From Eledone cirrhosa (taxonomy: Eukaryota): 64,000 nt of DNA. Shown piece after piece: positions 15,001 to 30,000 of the stretch. The notes below the pieces were generated by a model. The model was given only the letters and a program-made list of their open reading frames with translations, was not told where the DNA came from and ran no database searches. The position numbers and the translations under genes are program-made. How positions within the stretch are numbered: the first letter of the stretch is position 1; every line of letters begins with the position of its first letter. The DNA lies in assembly GCA_964016885.1 (NCBI GenBank), contig OZ024743.1, positions 362,018,001 through 362,082,000 on the forward strand, written 5' to 3'.

Positions 15001-18000
15001 GAAACAATTGTTATAACTAGTACAGCCACACAGTGGAAACAATTGTTATAAATAGTACAGCTCACAGTGCAAACAATTGTTATAACTAGTACAGCTCACA
15101 GTGGAAACAATTGTTATGACTAGTACAGCTCACAGTAGAAACAATTGTTATAAATAGTACAGCTGACAGTGGAAACAATTGTTATAACTAGTACAGCTCA
15201 CAGTGGAAACAATTGTTATAACTAGTACAGCACACAGTGGAAACAATTGTTATAACTAGTACAGCTCACAGTGGAAACAATTGTTATAAATAGTACAGCT
15301 GACAGTGGAAACAATTGTTATAACTAGTTCAGCTCACAGTGGAAACAATTGTTATAACTAGTACAGCTGACAGTGGAAACAATTGTTATAACTAGTACAG
15401 CTGACAGTGGAAACAATTGTTATAACTAGTACAGCTGACAGTGGAAACAATTGTTGTAAATAGTACAGCTGACAGTGGAAACAATTGTTATAACTAGTTC
15501 AGCTCACAGTGGAAACAATTGATATAACTAGTACAGCACACAGTGGAAATAATTGTTATGACTAGTACAGCTCACAGTGGAAACAATTGTTATGACTAGT
15601 ACAGCTCACAGTGGAAACAATTGTTATAACTAGTACAGCACACCGTGGAAACAATTGTTATAACTAGTACAGCACACAGTGGAAACAATTGTTATAAATA
15701 GTACAGCTGACAGTGGAAACAATTGTTATAACTAGTACAGCACACAGTGTAAACAATTTTTATAACTAGTACAGCTCACAGTGGAAACAATTGTTATGAC
15801 TAGTACAGCTCACAGTGGAAATAATTGTTATGACTAGTACAGCTCACAGTTGAAACAATTGTTATAACTAGTACAGCTCACAGTGGAAACAATTGTTATG
15901 ACTAGTACAGCTCACAGTGGAAATAATTGTTATAACTAGTACAGCACACAGTGGAAATAATTGTTATAACTAGTACGGCACACAGTGCAAACAATTGTTA
16001 TAACTGGGACAGCACACAGTGGAAACAATTGTTATAACTAGTACAGCTCACAGTGGAAACAATTGTTATAACTAGTACAGCTCACAGTGGAAACAATTGT
16101 TATGACTAGTACAGCACACAGTGCAAACAATTGTTATAACTGGGACAGCACACAGTGGAAACAATTGTTATAACTAGTACAGCTCACAGTGGAAACAATT
16201 GTTATAACTAGTACAGCTCACAGTGGAAACAATTGTTATGACTAGTACAGCTCACAGTGGAAATAATTGTTATAACTAGTACAGCACACAGTGGAAATAA
16301 TTGTTATAACTAGTACAGCACACAGGGGAAACAATTGTTATAACTAGTACAGCACACAGTGGAAACAATTGTTATAACTAGTACAGCACACAGTGGAAAC
16401 AATTGTTATAACTAGTACAGCTCACAGTGGAAACAATTGTTATAACTAGTACAGCTGACAGTGGAACCAATTGTTATAACTAGTACAGCACACAGTGGAA
16501 ACAATTGTTATAACTAGTACAGCACACAGTGAAAACAATTGTTATAAATAGTACAGCTCACAGTGGAAACAATTGTTATAACTAGTACCGCACACAGTGG
16601 AAAAAATTGTTATAACTAGTACAGCACACAGTGGAAACAATTGTTATAACTAGTACAGCTCACAGTGGAAACAATTGTTATAACTAGTACAGCTGACATT
16701 GGAAACAATTGTTATAACTAGTACAGCTCACAGTGGAAACAATTGTTATGACTAGTACAGCTCACAGTGGAAACAATTGTTATAAATAGTACAGCTGACA
16801 GTGGAAACAATGGTTATAACTAGTACAGCTCACAGTGGAAACAATTGTTATAACTGGTACAGCTCACAGTGGAAACAATTGTTATAACTAGTACATCACA
16901 CAGTGGAAATAATTGTTATAACTAGTACAGCACACAGGGGAAACAATTGTTATAACTAGTACAGCACACAGTGGAAACAATTGTTATAACTAGTACAGCA
17001 CACAGTGGAAACAATTGTTATAACTAGTACAGCTCACAGTGCAAACAATTGTTATAACTAGTACAGCACACAGTGGAAACAATTGTTATAACAAGTACAA
17101 CACACAGTGGAAACAATTGTTATAACTAGTACAGCTGACAGTGGAAACAACTGTTATAACTAGTACAGCTCACAGTGGAAACAATTGTTATAACTAGTAC
17201 AGCTGACAGTGGAAACAATTGTTATAACTAGTACAGCACACAGTGGAAACAATTGTTATAACTAGTACAGCTGACAGTGGAAACAATTGTTATAACTAGT
17301 ACAGCACACAGTGGAAACAATTGTTATAACTAGTACAGCACGCAGTGAAAACAATTGTTATAAATAGTACAGCTCACAGTGGAAACAATTGTTATAACTA
17401 GTACCGCACACAGTGGAAAAAATTGTTATAACTAGTACAGCACACAGTGGAAACAATTGTTATAACTAGTACAGCTCACAGTGCAAACAATTGTTATAAC
17501 TAGTACAGATCACAGTGGAAACAATTGTTATAACTAGTACAGCTGACAGTGGAAACATTTGTTATAACTAGTACAGCTGACAGTGGAAACAATTGTTATA
17601 ACTAGTACAGCTGACAGTGGAAACAATTGTTATAACTAGTACAGCACACAGTGGAAACAATTATTATAACTAGTACAGCACACAGTGGAAACAATTGTTA
17701 TAACTAGTACAGCACACAGTGCAAACAATTGTTATAACTAGTACAGCTGACAGTGGAAACAATTGTTTTAACTAGTACAGCACACAGTGGAAACAATTGT
17801 TATAACTAGTACAGCACACAGTGCAAACAATTGTTATAACTAGTACAGCACACCGTGGAAACAATTGTTATAACAAGTACAGCACACAGTGCAAACGATT
17901 GTTATAACTAGTACAGCTCACAGTGGAAACAATTTTTATAACTAGTACAGTACACAGTGGAAATAATTGTTATAACTAGTACAGCACACAGTGCAAACAA

Positions 18001-21000
18001 TTGTTATAACTAGTACAGCTTACAGTGGAAACAATTGTTATAAATAGTACAGCTCACAGTGCAAACAATTGTTATAACTAGTACAGCACACAGTGGAAAC
18101 AATTGTTATAAATAGTACAGCTGACAGTGGAAACAATTGTTATAACTAGTACAGCACACAGTGCAAACAATTTTTATAACTAGTACAGCACACAGTGCAA
18201 ACAATTGTTATAACTGGCACAGCACACAGTGGAAACAATTGTTATAACTAGTACAGCTGACAGTGGAAACAATTGTTATAACTAGTACAGCACACAGTGC
18301 AAACAATTTTTATAACTAGTACAGCTCACAGTGGAAACAATTGTTATAACTAGTACAGCACACAGTGCAAACAATTGTTATAACTGGGACAGCACACAGT
18401 GGAAACAATTGTTATAACTAGTACAGCTCACAGTGGAAACAATTGTTATAACTAGTACAGCTCACAGTGGAAACAATTGTTATGACTAGTACAGCTCACA
18501 GTGGAAACAATTTTTATAACTAGTACAGTACACAGTGGAAATAATTGTCATAACTAGTACAGCACACAGTGCAAACAATTGTTATAACTAGTACAGCTCA
18601 CAGTGCAAATAATTGTTATAACTAGTACAGCTCACAGTGGAAACAATTGTTATGACTAGTACAGCTAACAGTGGAAACAATTGTTATAACTAGTACAGCA
18701 CACCGTGGAAACAATTGTTATAACTAGTACAGCACACAGTGCAAACAATTGTTATAACTAGTACAGTACACAGTGGAAATAATTGTTATAACTAGTACAG
18801 CACACAGTGCAAACAATTGTTATAACTAGTACAGCTCACAGTGCAAACAATTGTTATAACTAGTACAGCTCACAGTAGAAACAATTGTTATAACTAGTAC
18901 AGCTGACGGTGGAAACAATTGTTATAACTAGTACAGCTGACAGTGGAAACAATTGTTATAACTAGTACAGCTCACAGTGGAATCAATTGTTATAACTAGT
19001 TCAGCTGACAGTGGAAACAATTGTTATAACTAGTACAGCACACAGTGGAAACAATTGTTATAACTAGTACAGCTCACAGTGCAAACAATTGTTATAACTA
19101 GTACAGCACACAGTGGAAACAATTGTTATAACTAATACAGATCACAGTGCAAAAATTGTTATAACTAGTACAGCACACAGTGGAAACAATTGTTATAACT
19201 AGTACAGCACACAGTGGAAATAATTGTTATAACTACTACAGCACACAGGGGAAACAATTGTTATAACTAGTACAGCACACAGTGGAAACAATTGTTATAA
19301 CTAGTACAGCACACAGTGGAAACAATTGTTATAACTAGTACAGCTCACAGTGCAAACAATTGTTATAACTAGTACAGCACACAGTGGAAACAATTGTTAT
19401 AACAAGTACAACACACAGTGGGAACAATTGTTATAACTAGTACAGCTGACAGTGGAAACAATTGTTATAACTAGTACAGCTCACAGTGGAAACAATTGTT
19501 ATAACTAGTACAGCTGACAGTGGAAACAATTGTTATAACTAGTACAGCACACAGTGGAAACAATTGTTATAACTAGTACCGCACACAGTGGAAAAAATTG
19601 TTATAACTAGTACAGCACACAGTGGAAACAATTGTTATAACTAGTACAGCTGACAGTGGAAACAATTGTTATAACTAGTACAGCTGACAGTGGAAACAAT
19701 TGTTATAACTAGTACAGCTCACAGTGGAAACAATTGTTATAACTAGTACAGCTGACAGTGGAAACATTTGTTATAACTAGTACAGCTCACAGTGGAAACA
19801 ATTGTTATAACTAGTACCGCACACAGTGGAAACAATTGTTATAACTAGTACAGCTCACAGTGGAAACAATTGTTATAACTAGTACAGCACACAGTGGAAA
19901 CAATTGTTATAACTAGTACAGCTGACAGTGGAAACAATTGTTATAACTAGTACAGCACACAGTGGAAACAATTGTTATAACTGGTACAGCTGACAGTGGA
20001 AACAATTGTTATAGCTAGTACAGCTGACAGTGGAAACAATTGTTATAGCTAGTACAGCTAACAGTGGAAACAATTGTTATAACTAGTACAGCACACAGTG
20101 GAAACAATTGTTATAACTAGTACAGCACACAGTGGAAACAATTGTTATAACTAGTACAGCTCACAGTGCAAACAATTGTTATAACTAGTACAGCACACAG
20201 TGGAAACAATTGTTATAACTAGTACAGCTGACAGTGGAAACAATTGTTATAGCTAGTACAGCACACAGTGGAAACAATTGTTATAACTAGTACAGCACAC
20301 AATGGAAACAATTGTTATAACTAGTACAGCACACAGTGGAAACAATTGTTATAACTAGTACAGCTCACAGTGCAAACAATTGTTATAACTAGTACAGCAC
20401 ACAGTGGAAACAATTGTTATAACTAGTACAGCTGACAGTGGAAACAATTGTTATAGCTAGTACAGCACACAGTGGAAACAATTGTTATAACTAGTACAGC
20501 ACACAATGGAAACAATTGTTATAACTAGTACAGCACACAGTGGAAACAATTGTTATAACTAGTACAGCACACAATGGAAACAATTGTTATAGCTAGTACA
20601 GCTAACAGTGGAAACAATTGTTATAACTAGTACAGCACACAGTGGAAACAGTTGTTATAACTAGTACAGCTCACAGTGGAAACAATTGTTATAACTAGTA
20701 CAGCACACAGTGGAAACAATTGTTATAACTAGTACAGCACACAGTGGAAACAATTGTTATAACTAGTACAGTACACAGTGGAAACAATTGTTATAACTAG
20801 TACAGCTCACAGTGGAAACAATTGTTATAAATAGTACAGCTGACAGTGGAAACAATTGTTATAACTAGTACAGCTCACAGTGGAAACAATTGTTATAACT
20901 AGTACCGCACACAGTGGAAAAAATTGTTATAACTAGTACAGCACACAGTGGAAACAATTGTTATAACTAGTACAGCTCACAGTGCAAACAATTGTTATAA

Positions 21001-24000
21001 CTAGTACAGCACACAGTGGAAACAATTGTTATAACTAGTACAGCACACAATGGAAACAATTGTTATAACTAGTACAGCACACAGTGGAAACAATTGTTAT
21101 AACTAGTACAGCTCACAGTGCAAACAATTGTTATAACTAGTACAGCACACAGTGGAAACAATTGTTATAACTAGTACAGCTGACAGTGGAAACAATTGTT
21201 ATAACTAGTACAGCTGACAGTGGAAACAATTGTTATAACTAGTACAGCTGACAGTGGAAACAATTGTTATAACTGGTACAGCTGACAGTGGAAACAATTG
21301 TTATAACTAGTACAGCACACAGTGGAAACAATTGTTTTAAATAGTACAGCACACAGTGGAAACAATTGTTATAACTAGTACAGCTGACAGTGGAAACAAT
21401 TGTTTTAACTAGTACAGCACACAGTGGAAACAATTGTTATGACTAGTACAGCACACAATGCAAACAATTGTTATAACTAGTACAGCTCACAGTGCAAAAA
21501 ATTGTTATAACTAGTACAGCTGACAGTGGAAACAATTGTTATAACTAGTACAGCTCACAGTGGAAACAATTGTTATAACTGGTACAGCTGACAGTGGAAA
21601 CAATTGTTTTAAATAGTACAGCACACAGTGGAAACAATTGTTATGACTAGTACAGCACACAATGCAAACAATTGTTATAACTAGTACAGCTCACAGTGCA
21701 AAAAATTGTTATAACTAGTACAGCTGACAGTGGAAACAATTGTTATAACTAGTACAGCTCACAGTGGAAACATTTGTTATAAATAGTACAGCTCACAGTG
21801 CAAACAATTGTTATAACTAGTACAGCTCACAGTGCAAACAATTGTTATAACTAGTACAGCTCACAGTGGAAACAATTGTTATAAATAGTACAGCTGAGAG
21901 TGGAAACAATTGTTATAACTAGTACAGCACACAGTGCAAACAATTGTTATAAATAGTACAGCTGAGAGTGGAAACAATTGTTATAACTAGTACAGCTCAC
22001 AGTGGAAACAATTGTTATAACTAGTACAGCTCACAGTGGAAACAATTGTTATAAATAGTACAGCTGAGAGTGGAAACAATTGTTATAACTAGTACAGCTC
22101 ACAGTGGAAACAATTGTTATAACTAGTACAGCTCACAGTGCAAACAATTGTTATAACTAGTACAGCTCACAGTGCAAACAATTGTTATAACTAGTACAGC
22201 TCACAGTGGAAACAATTGTTATAAATAGTACAGCTGAGAGTGGAAACAATTGTTATAACTAGTACAGCACACAGTGCAAACAATTTTTATAACTAGTACA
22301 GCACACAGTGCAAACAATTGTTATAACTGGCACAGCACACAGAGGAAACAATTGTTATAACTAGTACAGCTCACAGTGGAAACAATTGTTATAACTAGTA
22401 CAGCTCACAGTGGAAACAATTGTTATGACTAGTACAGCTCACAGTGGAAACAATTGTTATAACTAGTACAGCACACCGTGGAAACAATTGTTATAACTAG
22501 TACAGTACACAGTGGAAACAATTGTTATAACTAGTACAGTACACAGTGGAAATAATTGTTATAACTAGTACAGCACACAGTGCAAACAGTTGTTATAACT
22601 AGTACAGCTCACAGTGGAAACAATTGTTTTAACTAGTACAGTACACAGTGGAAATAATTGTTATAACTAGTACAGCACACAGTGCAAACAATTGTTATAA
22701 CTAGTACAGCTCACAGTGCAAACAATTGTTATAACTAGTACAGCTCACAGTGGAAACAATTGTTATAACTAGTACAGCTGACAGTGGAAACAATTGTTAT
22801 AACTAGTACAGCTGACAGTGGAAACAATTGTTATAACTAGTACAGCTGACAGTGGAAACAATTGTTTTAACTAGTACAGCACACAGTGCAAACAATTGTT
22901 ATAACTAGTACAGCACACAGTGGAAACAATTGTTATAACTAGTACAGTACACAGTGGAAATAATTGTTATAACTAGTACAGCACACAGTGCAAACAATTG
23001 TTATAACTAGTACAGCTCACAGTGCAAACAATTGTTATAACTAGTACAGCTCACAGTGGAAACAATTGTTATAACTAGTACAGTACACAGTGGAAATAAT
23101 TGTTATAACTAGTACAGCACACAGTGCAAACAATTGTTATAACTAGTACAGCTCACAGTGCAAACAATTGTTATAACTAGTACAGATCACAGTGGAAACA
23201 ATTGTTATAACTAGTACAGCTGACAGTGGAAACAATTGTTATAACTAGTACAGCACACAGTGCAAACAATTGTTATAACTAGTACAGCTCACAGTGCAAA
23301 CAATTGTTATAACTCGTACAGCTCACAGTGGAAACAATTGTTATAACTACTACAGTACACAGTGGAAATAATTGTTATAACTAGTACAGCACACAGTGCA
23401 AACAATTGTTATAACTAGTACAGCTGACAGTGGAAACAATTGTTATAACCAGTACAGCACACAGTGGAAACAATTGTTATAACTAGTACAGCTCACAGTG
23501 GAAACAATTGTTATAACTAGTTCAGCTGACAGTGGAAACAATTGTTATAACTAGTACAGCACACAGTGGAAACAATTGTTATAACTAGTACAGCTCACAG
23601 TGGAAACAATTGTTATAACTAGTACAGCTCACAGTGGAAACAATTGTTATAACTAGTACAGCGCACAGTGGAAACAATTGTTATAACTATTTCAGCTGAC
23701 AGTGGAAACAATTGTTATAACTAGTACAGCACACAGTGGAAACAATGGTTATAACTAGTACAGCACACAGTGCAAACATTTGTTATAAGTAGTACAGCAC
23801 ACAGTGCAAACAATTGTTATAATTAGTACAGCTCACAGTGGAAACAATTGTTATAACTAGTACAGCTCACAGTGGAAACAATTGTTATAACTAGTACAGC
23901 TGACAGTGGAAACAATGGTTATAACTAGTACAGCACACAGTGGAAACAATTGTTATAACTAGTACAGCTCACAGTGAAACAATTGATATAACTAGTACAG

Positions 24001-27000
24001 CACACAGTGAAAACAATTGTTATAACTAGTACAGCTCACAGTAGAAACAATTGTTATAGCTAGTACCGCACACAGTGGAAAAAATTGTTATAACTAGTAC
24101 AGCACACAGTGGAAACAATTGTTATAACTAGTACAGCTCACAGTGCAAACAATTCTTATAACTAGTACAGCACACAGTGGAAACAATTGTTATAAGTAGT
24201 ACAGCTGACAGTGGAAACAATTGTTATAACTAGTACAGCTCACAGTGCAAACAATTCTTATAACTAGTACAGCACACAGTGCAAACAATTGTTATAAGTA
24301 GTACAGCTGACAGTGGAAACAATTGTTATAACTAGTACAGCTGACAGTGGAAACAATTGTTATAACTAGTACAGCTGACAGTGGAAACAATTGTTATAAC
24401 TAGTACAGCACACAGTGCAAACAATTGTTATAACTAGTACAGCTCACAGTGCAAACAATTGTTATAACTAGTACAGCTCACAGTGGAAACAATTGTTATA
24501 ACTAGTACAGTACACAGTGGAAATAATTGTTATAACTAGTACAGCACACAGTGCAAACAATTGTTATAACTAGTACAGCTCACAGTGGAAACAATTGTTA
24601 TAACTAGTTCAGCTGACAGTGGAAACAATTGTTATAACTAGTACAGCACACAGTGGAAATAATTGTTATAACTAGTACAGCACACAGTGCAAACAATTGT
24701 TATAACTAGTACAGCTGACAGTGGAAACAATTGTTATAACTAGTACAGCACACAGTGGAAACAATTGTTATAACTAGTACAGCTCACAGTGGAAACAATT
24801 GTTATAACTAGTACAGCTCACAGTGGAAACAATTGTTATAACTAGTACAGCGCACAGTGGAAACAATTGTTATAACTAGTTCAGCTGACAGTGGAAACAA
24901 TTGTTATAACTAGTACAGCACACAGTGGAAACAATTGTTATAACTAGTACAGCACACAGTGGAAACAATTGTTATAACTAGTACAGCTCACAGTGGAAAC
25001 AATTGTTATAACTAGTTCAGCTGACAGTGGAAACAATTGTTATAACTAGTACAGCACACAGTGGAAACAATTGTTATAACTAGTACAGCTCACAGTGCAA
25101 ACAATTGTTATAACTAGTACAGCACACAGTGGAAACAATTGTTATAACTAGTACAGCTCACAGTGCAAACAATTGTTATAACTAGTACAGCACACAGTGG
25201 AAACAATTGTTATAACTAGTACACACACAGTGGAAATAATTGTTATAACTAGTACAGCACACAGGGGAAACAATTGTTATAACTAGTACAGCACACAGTG
25301 GAAACAATTGTTATAACTAGTACAGCACACAGTGGAAACAATTGTTATAACTAGTACAGCTCACAGTGCAAACAATTGTTATAACTAGTACAGCACACAG
25401 TGGAAACAATTGTGATAACTAGTACAGCACACAGTGGCAACAATTGTTATAACTAGTACAGCACACAGTGGAAACAATTGTTATAACTAGTACAGCACAC
25501 AGTGCAAACAATTGTTATAATTAGTACAGCACAGAGTGGAAACAATTGTTATAATTAGTACAGCTCACAGTGGAAACAATTGTTATAACTAGTACAGCTC
25601 ACAGTGGAAACAATTGTTATACCTAGTACAGCTGACAGTGGAAATAATTGTTATAACTAGTACAGCACACAGTGGAAACAATTGTTATAACTAGTACAGC
25701 ACACAGTGGAAACAATTGTGATAACTAGTACAGCACACAGTGGCAACAATTGTTATAACTAGTACAGCACACAGTGAAAACACTTGTTATAACTAGTACA
25801 GCACACAGTGCAAACAATTGTTATAATTAGTACAGCTCACAGTGGAAACAATTGTTATAACTAGTACAGCTGACAGTGGAAACAATGGTTATAACTAGTA
25901 CAGCACACAGTGGAAACAATTGTTATAACTAGTACAGCTCACAGTGGAAACAATTGATATAACTAGTACAGCACACAGTGAAAACAATTGTTATAACTAG
26001 TACAGCTCACAGTAGAAACAATCGTTATAACTAGTACCGCACACAGTGGAAAAAATTGTTATAACTAGTACAGCTCACAGTGGAAACACTTGTTATATCT
26101 AGTACAGCTGACAGTGGAAACAATTGTTATAACTAGTACAGCTGACAGTGGAAACAATTGTTATAACTAGTACAGCACACAGTGGAAACAATTGTTATAA
26201 CTAGTACAGCACACAGTGCAAACAATTGTTATAACTAGTACAGCTCACAGTGCAAACAATTCTTATAACTAGTACAGCACACAGTGGAAACAATTGTTAT
26301 AACTAGTACAGCTCACAGTGGAAACAATTGTTATAACTAGTACAGATGACAGTGGAAACAATTGTTATAACTAGTACAGCTGACAGTGGAAACAATTGTT
26401 ATAACTAGTACAGCACACAGTGGAAACAATTGTTATAACTAGTACAACTGACAGTGGAAACAATTGTTATAACTAGTACAGCACACAGTGGAAACAATTG
26501 TTATAACTAGTACAGCACACAGTGCAAACAATTGTTATAACTAGTACAGCTCACAGTGCAAATAATTGTTATAACTAGTACTGCTCACAGTGGAAACAAT
26601 TGTTATAACTAGTACAGCTCACAGTGGAAACAATTGTTATAACTAGTACAGCACACAGTGGAAATAATTGTTATAACTAGTACAGCACACAGTGCAAACA
26701 ATTGTTATAACTAGTACAGCTCACAGTGCAAACAATTGTTATAACTAGAACAGATCACAGTGCAAACAATTGTTATAACTAGTACAGCTCACAGTGCAAA
26801 CAATTGTTATAACTGGTACAGCTCACAGTGCAAACAATTTTTATAACTAGTACAGCACACAGTGCAAACAATTGTTATAACTGGTACAGCTCACAGTGCA
26901 AACAATTGTTATAACTAGTACTGCACACAGTGGAAACAATTGTTATAACTAGTACAACACACAGTCGAAACAATTGTTATAACTAGTACAGTACACAGTG

Positions 27001-30000
27001 GAAATAATTGTTATAACTAGTACAGCACACAGTGCAAACAATTGTTATAACTAGTACAGCTCACAGTGCAAACAATTGTTATAACTAGTACAGCTCACAG
27101 TGGAAACAATTGTTATAACTAGTACAGCTGACAGTGGAAACAATTGTTATAACTAGTACAGCTGACAGTGGAAACAATTGTTATAACTAGTACAGCTCAC
27201 AGTGGAAACAATTGTTATAACTAGTACAGCACACAGTGGAAACAATTGTTATAACTAGTACAGCTCACAGTGGAAACAATTGTTATAACTAGTACAGCTG
27301 ACAGTGGAAACAATGTTATAACTAGTACAGCACACATTGGAAACAATTGTTATAACTAGTACAGCACACAGTGGAAACAATTGTTATAACTAGTACAGCT
27401 CACAGTGGAAACAATTGATATAACTAGTACAGCACACAGTGGAAACAATTGTTATAACTAGTACAGCACACAGTGGAAGCAATTGTTATAACTAGTACAG
27501 CTCACAGTGGAAACAATTGTTATAACTAGTACAGCACACAGTGCAAACAATTGTTATAACTAGTACAGCACACAGTGCAAACAATTGTTATAACTAGTAC
27601 TGCACACAGTGCAAACAATTTTTATAACTAGTACAGCACACAGTGGAAACAATTGTTATAACTAGTACAGCTGACAGTGGAAACAATTGTTATAACTAGT
27701 ACAACACACAGTCGAAACAATTGTTATAACTAGTACAGCTCACAGTGGAAACAATTGTTATAACTATTACAGCTCACAGTGGAAACAATTGTTATAACTA
27801 GTACAGCTGACAGTGGAAACAATTGTTATAACTAGTACAGCACACTGTGCAAACAATTGTTATAACTAGTACAGCACACAGTGGAAACAATTGTTATAAC
27901 TAGTACAGCTCACAGTGGAAACAATAGTTATAACTAGTACAGCTCACAGTGGAAACAATTGTTATAACTAGTACAGCACACTGTGCAAACAATTGTTATA
28001 ACTAGTACAGCACACAGTGGAAACAATTGTTATAACTAGTACAGCTCATAGTGGAAACAATTGTTATAACTAGTACAGCTCACAGTGGAAACAATTGTTA
28101 TAACTAGTACAGCTCACAGTGGAAACAATTGTTATAACTAGTACAGCTCACAGTGCAAACAATTGTTATAACTAGTACACCACACAGTGGAAACAATTGT
28201 TATAACTAGTACAGCACACAGTGCAAACAATTGTTATAACTAGTACAGCACACAGTGGAAACAATTGTTATAACTAGTACAGCACACAGTGCAAACAATT
28301 TTTATAACTAGTACAGCACACAGTGGAAACAATTGTTATAACTAGTACAGCTGACAGTGGAAACAATTGTTATAACTAGTACAGCACACAGTGGAAACAA
28401 TTGTTATAACTAGTACAGCTCACAGTGCAAACAATTGTTATAACTAGTACAGCACACAGTGGAAATAATTGTGATAACTAGTACAGCACACAGTGGCAAC
28501 AATTGTTATAACTAGTACAGCACACAGTGGAAACAATTGTTATAACTAGTACAGCACACAGTGCAAACAATTGTTATAATTAGTACAGCACAGAGTGGAA
28601 ACAATTGTTATAATTAGTACAGCTCACAGTGGAAACAATTGTTATAACTAGTACAGCACACAGTGGAAACAATTGTTATAACTAGTACAGCACACAGTGG
28701 AAAAAATTGTTATAACTAGTACAGCACAGAGTGGAAACAATTGTTATAATTAGTACAGCACAGAGTGGAAACAATTGTTATAATTAGTACAGCACACAGT
28801 GGAAACAATTGTTATAATTAGTACAGCTCACAGTGGAAACAATTGTTATAATTAGTACAGCACACAGTGGAAACAATTGTTATAATTAGTACAGCTCACA
28901 GTGGAAACAATTGTTATAACTAGTACAGCACACAGTGGAAACAATTGTTATAACTAGTACAGCACACAGTGGAAACAATTGTTATAACTAGTACAGCACA
29001 GAGTGGAAACAATTGTTATAATTAGTACAGCACAGAGTGGAAACAATTGTTATAATTAGTACAGCACACAGTGGAAACAATTGTTATAATTAGTACAGCA
29101 CACAGTGGAAACAATTGTTATAATTAGTACAGCACACAGTGGAAACAATTGTTATAATTAGTACAGCACACAGTGGAAACAATTGTTATAATTAGTACAG
29201 CACAGAGTGGAAACAATTGTTATAATTAGTACAGCACACAGTGGAAACAATTGTTATAATTAGTACAGCACAGAGTGGAAACAATTGTTATAATTAGTAC
29301 AGCACACAGTGGAAACAATTGTTATAACTAGTACAGCACACAGTGGAAACAATTGTTATAACTAGTACAGCACAGAGTGGAAACAATTGTTATAATTAGT
29401 ACAGCACACAGTGGAAACAATTGTTATAACTAGTACAGCACACAGTGCAAACAATTGTTATAATTAGTACAGCACAGAGTGGAAACAATTGTTATAATTA
29501 GTACAGCTCACAGTGGAAACAATTGTTATACCTAGTACAGCTGACAGTGGAAATAATTGTTATAACTAGTACAGCACACAGTGGAAACAATTGTTATAAC
29601 TAGTACAGCACACAGTGGAAACAATTATGATAACTAGTACAGCACACAGTGGCAACAATTGTTATAACTAGTACAGCACACAGTGCAAACACTTGTTATA
29701 ACTAGTACAGCACACAGTGCAAACAATTGTTATAATTAGTACAGCTCACAGTGGAAACAATTGTTATAACTAGTACAGCTCACAGTGGAAACAATTGTTA
29801 TAACTAGTACAGCTGACAGTGGAAACAATGGTTATAACTAGTACAGCACACAGTGGAAACAATTGTTATAACTAGTACAGCTGACAGTGGAAACAATGGT
29901 TATAACTAGTACAGCACACAGTGGAAACAATTGTTATAACTAGTACAGCTCACAGTGGAAACAATTGTTATAACTAGTACAGCACACAGTGGAAACAATT

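Noticed and set aside
4816-21433. Two 64-aa Cys-rich ORFs at 4816-5010 and 21239-21433
   Set aside because: Chance stop-free translations of satellite monomers.
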